Source: an uncultured Bacteroides sp. (GTDB lineage Bacteria > Bacteroidota > Bacteroidia > Bacteroidales > JACABE01). Taken from it: a stretch of 64,000 nt of DNA. Of this stretch, positions 10,084 to 18,777 are shown one piece after another. Each line of letters opens with the position of its first letter. Within the stretch, counting starts at the first letter, position 1. A model generated the notes under the pieces. The model saw only the letters and a list, made by a program, of their open reading frames with translations, had not been told where the DNA came from and ran no database searches. The DNA lies in the NCBI GenBank assembly GCA_964496885.1, contig CAZCBG010000003.1, forward strand, positions 16,952-80,951, in the 5' to 3' direction. The position numbers were made by a program, and so were the translations under genes.

Positions 10084-11607
10084 ATGAAAAATATATTAAA
10101 ATATAACAAATGGATGCTTCTCATAATGCTATTTACTTTTGCCAGTTGTGAGAAAGATTTCATGGATGTAAACCATGATCCCAGTAGATCTTCAGAATCA
10201 ACCGTTCAACTGACCTTCCCTGCAGGTGTTGGCTCTTCTGCTTATGTAATTGGTGGTTATTATCAATTATTAGGTGCATTTTGGTCACAACATTGGACAC
10301 AAGCTATCGGAGCTCCACAATGGAGAGAAATCGATTCCTATAATCTTCAAACCAGCGATTTTGACGGCCGCCAATGGGGTGAACTGTATTCAGGTGCTTT
10401 AAATGATTACAAATATGTAAGAGAATTAGCAACCAGCACACAAAACTGGAGTTACTATCTTATGGCAACTGCTATGCAGGCATATACTTATCAGGTACTT
10501 GCTGATTTATACGACAAAATTCCCTATACCGAAGCTTTGCAAGGTGCCAGTGGAAATCTGACGCCTAAATACGACAATGGTTCTGTAGTTTATGATGGTT
10601 TAATTAAAATGCTTAATGAAGCCCTTACGCATGATTATAAAACTTTTAAAAGTGCAACAAATCCCACAGCAACATCAGTACAACCCGGAACGGATGATAT
10701 TATTTTTGGTGGCGATATGGATAAATGGGAAAGTTTTGTAAATACATTGAAATTAAAAATTTATTTGCGTCAGGCTTATGTACGTCCTACCGTTGCTTCT
10801 GCCGGAATTCAAGCAATGTATACTGCAAATGTTCCTTTTTTAGCTGAAGATGCTAAAATAGCTATTTTTGCCAGCCAGCAAAACAAACGAAACCCTGCTT
10901 ATGAAACTTTTATCGACAGATTGTCAGGCAATATTTCAATGAGTCAGACCATTTATTCAATTCTTGACAGTGTTTCAGATCCACGTTTACCTTTATTAAT
11001 TGCCAAAAATGCAAAATCACCTGCTGTTTATAAATGTTTGGTTCAAGGAGATTATTTCAATACTACCTTTCCAACAGGAGCAAATATTTCAAATTTATCA
11101 ACACCTGTTTTAACCGGTCTTGATCCAGTTTACTTTTTCAGTAAAGCAGAAAGCTATTTTTTACAGGCTGAAGCGATTGAAAGATACGGTGTAACCGGAA
11201 ATGCAAAAACAATGTATCAAAACGGTATTGATGCAGCTTTTAGCAGATTGGGTGCTACTGGATCAGCTGCTTTCTATGCTGTGGGTGGTAAATACGAATA
11301 TCCATCGGCTGGTACTTTTGAAGATAAACTTGAAAAAATTATTGGACAGAAATGGATAGCCATGGTAAACAATCAAGGTATAGAATCATTCTTTGAACAC
11401 AACAGAACGCATTATCCAAGAGAAAGTGCTGTTCCTGGAACTTCTCCTGCTTATGTTAAAGGCCAATTTACAATTTCTGTCAACAGTGCTACCGGAAGTC
11501 TTTACCCTAAACGTTTGTTGTTTACTGAATCTGAACGCAGAAGAAATCCTAACACTCCTGCTTTAGAGTCAATCAACAAAAAAGTTTGGTGGGATACAAA
11601 ACTGTAA
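10084..11607 (+). CDS. SusD/RagB-family nutrient-binding outer membrane lipoprotein
   Basis: 507 aa with lipobox FTFASC. It starts 20 nt after susC. TPR-like helical content and the conserved C-terminal FFEHNRTHYPR motif are typical of SusD-like proteins. Confidence 0.85.
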   Translation: MKNILKYNKWMLLIMLFTFASCEKDFMDVNHDPSRSSESTVQLTFPAGVGSSAYVIGGYYQLLGAFWSQHWTQAIGAPQWREIDSYNLQTSDFDGRQWGELYSGALNDYKYVRELATSTQNWSYYLMATAMQAYTYQVLADLYDKIPYTEALQGASGNLTPKYDNGSVVYDGLIKMLNEALTHDYKTFKSATNPTATSVQPGTDDIIFGGDMDKWESFVNTLKLKIYLRQAYVRPTVASAGIQAMYTANVPFLAEDAKIAIFASQQNKRNPAYETFIDRLSGNISMSQTIYSILDSVSDPRLPLLIAKNAKSPAVYKCLVQGDYFNTTFPTGANISNLSTPVLTGLDPVYFFSKAESYFLQAEAIERYGVTGNAKTMYQNGIDAAFSRLGATGSAAFYAVGGKYEYPSAGTFEDKLEKIIGQKWIAMVNNQGIESFFEHNRTHYPRESAVPGTSPAYVKGQFTISVNSATGSLYPKRLLFTESERRRNPNTPALESINKKVWWDTKL

Positions 11608-11724
11608 TTATTAAAATTTAAAAAAAATAATATGAAATAGCCCTAAAAATAATATTCAAACAAACAAAGAAATTATTCTATGGCGTATTCCATGTGACAA
11701 ATAAATAATTAAAATTAATAACAC

Positions 11725-12417
11725 ATGAAAAAAAATAATATAATATTAATAGTCATCCTTTTAGTATCAGTTTCCATTATGAGCTGTAAAAAGGATAGCA
11801 ATAATGTGTCAAAAGTTACCACTTATGCCGTTTTAACCATGAATGGACCTTCAGATACAGTTATTGCAACCGGATCAACCTGGGTTGACCCAGGTGTTAC
11901 TGCAAGTACTGGTGATCAAGTTACAGTTACACCGGCTACTTTAAGTACTGCTACTGCAGGAAGATATGAGCTAACCTATAAAGCGGTCAATGTAGATGGT
12001 TTTCCATCAATAGCTACCAGAGTGGTATGGATAGTTGGTGTTACCGGTGATGGAACAACTAATTATGCTAAAGCGTATGAAGGTGGACGTGGCACAAATT
12101 ATTCTAAAGAAATGGGAGACGGGACCGTGTACTTATCAAAAACAACGATTCCAGGTGTTTATTTCTGCTCGGATATGTTTGCCAGGTATTATGAGGTTTG
12201 GAGAGGTTATGGTGTTGCCTACCATTGCGCCGGTGTTATTCGTGTAAATACGGACAAAACCATCGACAATGCAAATGTAAACTTTGTATCTCCTTGGGGC
12301 GCATGCTTTATGACTACTGGAACCGGTACTGTTGATCTGGCAGGTAAATTTACTTATAAGTTAACCCTTGGAGGCTCTCCGGTTGCTGCTGCTTTCTTTC
12401 TGGAGCCAAAACCGTAA
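11725..12417 (+). CDS. surface lipoprotein, BT_2262-like accessory protein of the SusCD complex (Ig-like N-terminal domain)
   Basis: 230 aa with lipobox SIMSC. The N-terminal segment VLTMNGPSDTVIATGSTWVDPGVTAS resembles Ig-like DUF5011-type domains. Position and size match the third gene of BT2264-BT2261-type loci; this is my recollection and was not searched. Confidence 0.5.
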   Translation: MKKNNIILIVILLVSVSIMSCKKDSNNVSKVTTYAVLTMNGPSDTVIATGSTWVDPGVTASTGDQVTVTPATLSTATAGRYELTYKAVNVDGFPSIATRVVWIVGVTGDGTTNYAKAYEGGRGTNYSKEMGDGTVYLSKTTIPGVYFCSDMFARYYEVWRGYGVAYHCAGVIRVNTDKTIDNANVNFVSPWGACFMTTGTGTVDLAGKFTYKLTLGGSPVAAAFFLEPKP

Positions 12418-12458
12418 TTAGTTATTAATTCAATTTTTTTAATTTAAAATATATAAAA

Positions 12459-12899
12459 ATGAAAAATAAAATAATTTTTAGGATACTGTTTATCTTCACA
12501 TTATTTATTGCACTTTCCTGTGTAAAAGATGATAAATGGAAAGATTACCAGACTTTCAGTAGTGCTTATCCTGTTTGTGGTCAATACCATGTTACCTGGT
12601 CTTTAAATGGTGTTTTACAAGATCCTCCGGGACCTACCATCCTTTCTCTTTATAATTCAGCAAAAGGAGACAGTATTTGGGTTGACGATAATAAGCAATT
12701 CTGGTCATTTAAAGTGAAAGCTACTTTGAATGGAAGTAATTTTTCTATAACCAAAGGTATTGATTTATTGTACAACGATTCAACTACTATTACAGAGGGC
12801 TCTGTTTCTAACGATAATATTTATATGAAAGTAGAATGGGCTTCTTCACCGGGTGATGTTTATATTTGCCAAGGTAAACGTCAAACCGGGTTTGAATAG
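12459..12899 (+). CDS. small surface lipoprotein, BT2261-like fourth component of the SusCD locus
   Basis: 146 aa with lipobox IALSC. It starts 41 nt after the previous gene and is followed by a strong terminator. The assignment rests on position and size only. Confidence 0.4.
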   Translation: MKNKIIFRILFIFTLFIALSCVKDDKWKDYQTFSSAYPVCGQYHVTWSLNGVLQDPPGPTILSLYNSAKGDSIWVDDNKQFWSFKVKATLNGSNFSITKGIDLLYNDSTTITEGSVSNDNIYMKVEWASSPGDVYICQGKRQTGFE

Positions 12900-12922
12900 G
12901 AAACATTTATTTTAAACTATTT

Positions 12923-12960
12923 AAAAAGAGGCTGTCAAAAATTTTTGACAGCCTTTTTTG
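12923..12960 (+). terminator. rho-independent terminator ending the SusCD four-gene unit
   Basis: AGGCTGTCAAAA (12929-12940) pairs with TTTTGACAGCCT (12944-12955) and is followed by a T-run. Confidence 0.8.
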
Positions 12961-13038
12961 TAACTTTTATTAAAGCTGCTTCGTCATAAATGTAAATGAT
13001 TTTAAAATATTATATTAACACAATTAAATGATTTACAA

Positions 13039-13368
13039 ATGAAAACAAAAGTTTTAGCAATTTTATTCATCTTTTTACTGGTGAGTGTTGCATTAAAAGC
13101 AGAAAATGATGAGCTCAGTTTCAAACAAACTGTAGCGACTCAAATTAAGTACCCTGATTTTGCAAAAGATCAAAAATTGGAAGCAGATGTTTACGTCAGC
13201 ATTTCAATTAACGAAAATGGAGAAATTATTGTCAATCAATCGAATTCCATCAGCCAGGAGTTTATGGATTATGTGAAAACAGAGTTGCAAAAGATAAAAG
13301 TAAGCACCGATAATGAAGTGATTGGGAAAACATTCTATTTCAAATTTATTTTTAAATACCAGGAATAA
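13039..13368 (+). CDS. hypothetical secreted protein
   Basis: 109 aa with signal peptide MKTKVLAILFIFLLVSVALKA. There is a weak resemblance to a TonB C-terminal-like fold (YPDFAKDQKLEADVYVSISINENGEI). No firm family assignment. Confidence 0.5.
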   Translation: MKTKVLAILFIFLLVSVALKAENDELSFKQTVATQIKYPDFAKDQKLEADVYVSISINENGEIIVNQSNSISQEFMDYVKTELQKIKVSTDNEVIGKTFYFKFIFKYQE

Positions 13369-13398
13369 ACAGAAGTTTTCTTTAGCTTCATCATTCAT

Positions 13399-13449
13399 AA
13401 GTCGTTATTCGTTATTTCTTATTAATTTGAAATCAACGTATAACGACTT
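13399..13449. terminator. perfect 10-bp inverted repeat between convergent genes (possible bidirectional terminator)
   Basis: AAGTCGTTAT (13399-13408) and ATAACGACTT (13440-13449) are exact reverse complements separated by 31 nt. TTTTGATTTT follows. Confidence 0.4.
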
Positions 13450-13489
13450 TTGATTTTAAAAAGATAAAACATGAATTTTAAAAACAGGC

Positions 13490-14455
13490 TTATAATAGTG
13501 GTTTCTTTTTTCGTAACCAAAGTTTCATTCCCACCTGAGCCTGAGCACCTGCAACCATCCTGTTTTTACGGTACAAATGTTTTAGCTTGATACCATACAA
13601 TTGAGAAATACTAAACATGGTTTCATTGGTTTTTACAAAATGGAATTCGACAGATCCTTTACGTCGCTTGGGTTGTAGATAAACCTTTTCCCCTTCCTTA
13701 AGAATATAATCTTTAGAAAACTCATTGTAACGATAAAGTTCACCTGGTTTCATCTCGAAATCTATCGCAATTGTCAAAAAATTATCCGTTTTCTTTGCCA
13801 GCACGAATTTTATATTATTGTTTAAAAATACTTTCCGGTTGTTATTCCCGGTACTTATAAATTCAAAATCCTCAGTATCGTTTTTGGACAGAAAGCTTTC
13901 AGCTATGTGATTATTGTTCTGTATTGGATAAACGCTATCCAACTCATATAACTTATTGTCTTCAATAATTTTAATTAATAATTGAGGATATTTGGGATTG
14001 GTGGCATAACCTGCCTCTTTCAATCCCTGCGCCCAGGCTTTATAATCATTGATATTTAATAAAAACAAAGAAGCATATCTTACTCTCATTCTCAAAAATC
14101 CAGAATGATCTTTAAATGATTCTAAAGCTGCATCATACATTCTAAAGCATTCATCTTTTGCATCATCGTCTTTCAAATATGTTTTTCCTGCCCAATCGCT
14201 TGTACATTTGATGCCAAAATGATTGTTGGCTACAATCGCTAAATCGCTATTCCCATTTGCAGATTCTAAAATTCCCTGGGCCATTGTAATACTTGCTGGA
14301 ATTTTATAATTCTTCATGTTTTGAACAACAATTTCTTTATAGCATTCAATGTATTCTTTAACTGTGATTTTTTTTCTCTCATTTTGAGCAGAAATATCAT
14401 GAGATGAGCCAATAAGAAATATCAAAATTATTACATGTAAAGATTTCAGCTGCAT
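13490..14455 (-). CDS. peptidoglycan hydrolase: N-acetylglucosaminidase domain plus C-terminal LysM
   Basis: The glucosaminidase motif is ASITMAQGILESANGNSDLAIVANNHFGIKC. The C-terminal LysM-like segment is ETMFSISQLYGIKLKHLYRKNRMVAGAQAQVGMKLWL. ATG 14455 gives signal peptide MQLKSLHVIILIFLIGSSHDISAQ; an upstream in-frame ATG at 14503 is also possible. Confidence 0.8.
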   Translation of the reverse strand: MQLKSLHVIILIFLIGSSHDISAQNERKKITVKEYIECYKEIVVQNMKNYKIPASITMAQGILESANGNSDLAIVANNHFGIKCTSDWAGKTYLKDDDAKDECFRMYDAALESFKDHSGFLRMRVRYASLFLLNINDYKAWAQGLKEAGYATNPKYPQLLIKIIEDNKLYELDSVYPIQNNNHIAESFLSKNDTEDFEFISTGNNNRKVFLNNNIKFVLAKKTDNFLTIAIDFEMKPGELYRYNEFSKDYILKEGEKVYLQPKRRKGSVEFHFVKTNETMFSISQLYGIKLKHLYRKNRMVAGAQAQVGMKLWLRKKKPLL

Positions 14456-14519
14456 ATATTTTATTAAATTCAAGTTATTTTTTGTTTTTAAAGTTTCGAT
14501 CATGTCTATTTACACTTAT

Positions 14520-14612
14520 TGCAGGCAGTAAGGTGGTTGGCTTGAATGCCTATGATATAATCATTTCGGTTTGTCACTAAGCTTATGGATGGACATTTCA
14601 TAGGATCAGTTT
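14520..14612 (-). promoter_or_regulatory. candidate structured 5' leader of the LysM hydrolase mRNA
   Basis: A locally GC-richer stretch inside an AT-rich intergenic region. On the minus strand CCUAUGA pairs with UCAUAGG across about 42 nt. A competing AUGAU-UAU-AUCAU hairpin and an AGGCA/UGCCU stem are also present. It lies downstream of the promoter box at 14648-14655. Confidence 0.3.
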
Positions 14613-14647
14613 TTTAAGTTAAAAAAGTAATTTAAGATAATTACATA

Positions 14648-14655
14648 CAAAAGTA
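14648..14655 (-). promoter_or_regulatory. -7 promoter box TACTTTTG (minus strand) for the LysM hydrolase gene
   Basis: Plus strand reads CAAAAGTA, directly abutting the plus-strand box. Together they read CAAAAGTATAATTTTG. Confidence 0.45.
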
Positions 14656-14663
14656 TAATTTTG
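14656..14663 (+). promoter_or_regulatory. -7 promoter box TAATTTTG for rsmG
   Basis: Matches TAnnTTTG, 79 nt before the ATG at 14742. Confidence 0.4.
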
Positions 14664-14741
14664 CAAACTCAAATTTCAGCAAGCAGAAATTGTTTTTGCA
14701 CAAAAAAATGTTATAAAAATCTATTTTAAAAGATTGTAATT

Positions 14742-15359
14742 ATGATGATTGTAAAAAAGTATTTTCCTGAAATCAGTTCAGTGCAAATTGAAATGTTTGA
14801 AAAGCTCATTCTATTGTATAAAGAATGGAATGCTAAAATCAACTTAATTTCAAGGAAAGATATTGATAATTTGTCCATTAATCACATTCTTCATTCATTG
14901 GCTATTGCAAAAGTAATCAATTTCAGAAAAGGAACCTCTATTCTGGATGTTGGAACTGGTGGAGGTTTGCCAGGCATTCCTCTTGCAATTTTATTCCCTG
15001 AAGTTCATTTTCATTTAATAGATTGCATAGGCAAGAAAATAACAGTAGTAGAAGCTATTGTTACAGAATTAGGATTGAAAAATGTAAGTGCTCAAAAAAT
15101 AAGAGCAGAAGAACTGCATGAAAATTTTGATTTTATAGTTAGCAGAGCGGTAACAAAATTACCTGAATTTTATGAATGGGTAAACAGCAAAATCTCCAAA
15201 AACCAAAAGAACGAACGCTTAAATGGTATAATTTACCTGAAAGGAGGTGATTTAACCGAAGAGCTCTCAGGTATCAGCCGCAAGCATAAAGTTTTTGATC
15301 TCAAAGACTTTTTTGAGGAAGAATATTTTGAGACTAAAAAAGTGGTTTACATTTATTAA
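14742..15359 (+). CDS. rsmG: 16S rRNA (guanine527-N7)-methyltransferase
   Basis: 205 aa. The GidB-type N-terminus is LYKEWNAKINLISRKDIDNLSINHILHSL and the SAM motif is ILDVGTGGGLPGIPLAI. Confidence 0.9.
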   Translation: MMIVKKYFPEISSVQIEMFEKLILLYKEWNAKINLISRKDIDNLSINHILHSLAIAKVINFRKGTSILDVGTGGGLPGIPLAILFPEVHFHLIDCIGKKITVVEAIVTELGLKNVSAQKIRAEELHENFDFIVSRAVTKLPEFYEWVNSKISKNQKNERLNGIIYLKGGDLTEELSGISRKHKVFDLKDFFEEEYFETKKVVYIY

Positions 15360-15469
15360 TTTCCTTTTTCAACAATAACCTCACAGATTTGAATGAATAA
15401 AATGGGGGGATATTTAAGCTTCAAATCAATTAAATTAGTAAAATCTGACAGGTTTAAATTTTAAAAAAT

Positions 15470-16666
15470 ATGAAGAACGATTATACAAAAATAATCTTAA
15501 AACCAGGTAAAGAAAGATCGTTGCAGCGCTTTCATCCGTGGGTTTTTTCAGGTGCCATCGAAGCAGTAACCAAGGAATTATCGGATGGAGAAATTGTTGA
15601 GGTTTTCGATTCAAAAAAGGAATACATTGCCACAGGCCATTATCAGGAAGAAGGAAGTATTACTGTAAGAATCTTTACATTTGAAAAAACAATTATTGAT
15701 GAAGAATTCTGGAGACAGAAGCTTCAAAAAGCTATCAACCTCCGAAAAACATTGGGTTTGTTCGATAACGAAACTACCAATGCATTCAGATTGGTGCACG
15801 GTGAAGGTGATTTGATGCCTGGTTTAATTATAGATTATTATGATGGCAACGTTGTAATTCAATTTCATTCTTATGGGATGTTTTTGTTGAAAGATATATT
15901 TGTTAAAGTTCTTAATGATTTATTGGGAAATCAAATGAAAAGCATTTATAATAAAAGCGACACTACCCTTGCCAAAGGAGAAAATAACCAAAATGCCAAT
16001 GGATATTTACTGAATGAAAAAACCTTTGAAATTGTCATTAAAGAATATGATAATCAATTTATTGTAGATTTTGAAACAGGACAAAAAACAGGCTTTTTTA
16101 TTGATCAGAGAGAAAACCGGAAATTACTGGAGAAATACTGTCTTGATAAGAAAGTACTAAACGTATTTAGCTATACCGGTGGGTTTTCAGTATCTGCTTT
16201 AAAAGGTGGAGCTCAAATGGTTCACAGTGTTGATAGTTCTCAAAAAGCCATTGATTTGTGCAATAAAAATATAGATCTTAATTTTGGTGTTACTGATGCT
16301 CATTTGTCATTTGCATGCGATGCATTTGAATTTCTGGAAAAAATGGACAGCGACTATGATCTAATTGTGTTGGACCCACCGGCATTTGCCAAGCATCTTC
16401 ATTTAAGAGAAAAAGGATTAAAAGGTTACCGGAATATCAATAATAAAGCGATTCATAAAATCAAGAAGGGAGGTATATTGTTTACCTTCTCCTGTTCTCA
16501 GGCAATTTCGACAGAAGATTTCAGAACCATGATTTTTACAGCAGCGGCACAAGCTAAAAGAGAAGTAAAAATACTTCATCAGTTATCACAAGGAGCCGAT
16601 CATCCTATTAATATCTACCATCCTGAAAGTGAGTATCTAAAGGGATTAGTTTTGTATATTGAATAA
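15470..16666 (+). CDS. rlmI: class I SAM-dependent 23S rRNA (cytosine-C5) methyltransferase, RlmI-like with PUA domain
   Basis: 398 aa. Motifs are the PUA-like N-terminus KPGKERSLQRFHPWVFSGAI, the central NAFRLVHGEGDLMPGLIIDYY, GQKTGFFIDQRENR, and the SAM fold VLNVFSYTGGFS...DPPAF. Confidence 0.8.
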   Translation: MKNDYTKIILKPGKERSLQRFHPWVFSGAIEAVTKELSDGEIVEVFDSKKEYIATGHYQEEGSITVRIFTFEKTIIDEEFWRQKLQKAINLRKTLGLFDNETTNAFRLVHGEGDLMPGLIIDYYDGNVVIQFHSYGMFLLKDIFVKVLNDLLGNQMKSIYNKSDTTLAKGENNQNANGYLLNEKTFEIVIKEYDNQFIVDFETGQKTGFFIDQRENRKLLEKYCLDKKVLNVFSYTGGFSVSALKGGAQMVHSVDSSQKAIDLCNKNIDLNFGVTDAHLSFACDAFEFLEKMDSDYDLIVLDPPAFAKHLHLREKGLKGYRNINNKAIHKIKKGGILFTFSCSQAISTEDFRTMIFTAAAQAKREVKILHQLSQGADHPINIYHPESEYLKGLVLYIE

Positions 16667-16806
16667 ACGAACAATAGAACTTAAAATATAATTTACTTCT
16701 TTGTAAGATTTTACAATCAAAATATACTTACTTTTGTTAAAGTATAAGTTAAAGACTTAAACTTAAGCTGATCAAAATTGAAAAGAAAAAAATAAAATAA
16801 ATAGGA

Positions 16807-17190
16807 ATGAAACGAAACTTTTTTTTATACTGCTTTTTCGTATCTATAATTGGAATTTACAGTTGTAAGAAAGATGATACAGTTACGAATTCTGGTACTT
16901 TTCGTCCGAATAGTATGTCAGAATTAACTTCTCCGCTTGATTTCAGTTGGCAAACTGTAAAATATGTAAAAGTAAAGTTACAAGGTTCTCATGTGATGAC
17001 AACTATCATAAAAACTACAAATGGAAATATTCTTTTCAAAGGGTTGGTAAAACCAACTACTAAAGTTGAAACTACCATTGAAATTCCAGTTTCAGTTAAT
17101 GAAGTACTGGTTGTGTATGGTCCAATAACAAGGAATGTTAGTTTGACCAATAATACAATTGACTGTACATTTAATTTGAATAGTTTCTAA
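16807..17190 (+). CDS. small lipoprotein, likely operon partner of the LruC-domain protein
   Basis: 127 aa with lipobox GIYSC. Its stop lies 15 nt before the next start. Its sequence pattern aligns with the N-terminal domain of the second LruC protein at 48372 (see findings). Confidence 0.6.
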   Translation: MKRNFFLYCFFVSIIGIYSCKKDDTVTNSGTFRPNSMSELTSPLDFSWQTVKYVKVKLQGSHVMTTIIKTTNGNILFKGLVKPTTKVETTIEIPVSVNEVLVVYGPITRNVSLTNNTIDCTFNLNSF

Positions 17191-17205
17191 TTAAAAAAAG
17201 ACTTT

Positions 17206-18705
17206 ATGTTAAAAAGATTAATTGCAAAAACAGGAATGGTAATATTCATTATATTATTATTCAGTATGTATACAAAAGCGCAATTAATGTTAAATTGTGA
17301 ATCTGGAAACATATCTGCAGAAACCAATGCCTGTTGGAGCTTTGAAGGTGTGAATTATATAAATACAGGGCAGGTAATTACGGGAACTTACTCTACGCTT
17401 AGCAATCAACTATCCAATCCTTTACCCAATGCTTGTTGGATTAAAACACCCTGGATGAAAGTTGCTTCAGGAAATATTTCAATAAAAGCCAGATTAAGTG
17501 AAGCTAGTGGAACCAGCAGAGGCATCGTTTTTTCATATATTGCTTACGACTCTCTTAATCCTCCCAATTATGAATCTACAGCTGTTGTTTTCGATTCAAG
17601 TACTTGGACTTCAATAAATACAGATGTTAAAACGCTTACTTCTGCAATTCCTCTCATTATTGCCAATTCAAATCAAATATACAAAATAAGAATCAGTTTT
17701 GTTGGAAATGGAGGTAATTCAGGTATAGTAGCTGATAATTTTATGATACCTGGCAATTATTGGTCAAATCCCGTTGCCAATTGCATGCCAATGGCAAGTA
17801 CTCAAGATGCAGATAGCGACGGAGTTGACGATGCACAGGATGCTTTTCCTAATGACCCCTATAAAGCGTATAAATCATATTTTCCCATCGAAAATCATTT
17901 TTCGACCCTGGCATTTGAAGATCTATGGCCGGCAAAAGGGGATTATGATTTCAACGATGTTGTGGTTGATTATAATTCATTAGTTGTAACCAATGCTGAG
18001 AACCAGGTAGTAGAAATTAATTATCAGTTTAAAGTTAGAGCAACTGGCGCAAGTTTTAGAAATGGATTTGGATTTGAATTAACCAATATAAGCCCAAATA
18101 CAATCAGAAGCGTTAGCGGATGTAATATTAGTTTGGGAAGTATTTATTCAATAGCTGCAAATGGTACCGAAAACGGACAAACTCATGCATGTATCATTGC
18201 AATTGGAAATGTATATGATGTGTTGACTTACCCTGGAGGCAATGTTGGAGGTATCAATACCACCATTGGAGCTCCTTATGCTTCTCCTCAGATTGTAAAT
18301 GTAAAACTTAGTTTTATTGAGAATGGAGTTCCCGGTTTAGCAGGTCCTATAAACATCTCGCAACTTGGTTCAAATACTTTTAACCCTTTTATTATTGTAA
18401 ATCAAACAAGAGGAAGAGAAGTTCATTTGCCGGATTACAAGCCCACTTCAATGGCTAACCTCTCCTTATTTGGAACACTTCAGGATGATAGCAATCCTGG
18501 AATCGGAAGGTATTACAGAACAAAAACCAATTTACCATGGGCAATTCGAACTTACGAAAGTTTTCAATATCCAATTGAAAAAGCTGATGTAACTTCAGCT
18601 TATTTAAAATTAATTGATTGGGTTATAAGTAATGGTACACTATTTAACGATTGGGATACCAATCCAAACTATCGTGACAATACTTACATTTATTCACACC
18701 CCTAA
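17206..18705 (+). CDS. LruC-domain-containing secreted protein
   Basis: 499 aa with a signal peptide. Contains the Ca-binding-like repeat DADSDGVDDAQDAFPNDP, then the LruC signature LAFEDLWPAKGDYDFNDVVVDY...FNPFIIVNQTRGREVHLPDYKPT...YYRTKTNLPWAI. Confidence 0.8.
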   Translation: MLKRLIAKTGMVIFIILLFSMYTKAQLMLNCESGNISAETNACWSFEGVNYINTGQVITGTYSTLSNQLSNPLPNACWIKTPWMKVASGNISIKARLSEASGTSRGIVFSYIAYDSLNPPNYESTAVVFDSSTWTSINTDVKTLTSAIPLIIANSNQIYKIRISFVGNGGNSGIVADNFMIPGNYWSNPVANCMPMASTQDADSDGVDDAQDAFPNDPYKAYKSYFPIENHFSTLAFEDLWPAKGDYDFNDVVVDYNSLVVTNAENQVVEINYQFKVRATGASFRNGFGFELTNISPNTIRSVSGCNISLGSIYSIAANGTENGQTHACIIAIGNVYDVLTYPGGNVGGINTTIGAPYASPQIVNVKLSFIENGVPGLAGPINISQLGSNTFNPFIIVNQTRGREVHLPDYKPTSMANLSLFGTLQDDSNPGIGRYYRTKTNLPWAIRTYESFQYPIEKADVTSAYLKLIDWVISNGTLFNDWDTNPNYRDNTYIYSHP

Positions 18706-18777
18706 TTATAAATAAAAATCCTATTGCTCTACAAATAAGATGTTTTCCAGATCAATGATCTCTGAAAAAAGACAGTT

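Noticed and set aside
12035-12247. 70-aa alternative-frame ORF within the BT_2262-like lipoprotein gene, and other 60-75-aa same-strand internal ORFs (9606-9806, 17774-17983, 49273-49458, 44432-44620, 44884-45078)
   Set aside because: They are out-of-frame overlaps inside well-supported genes and have no start-site signals or motifs.
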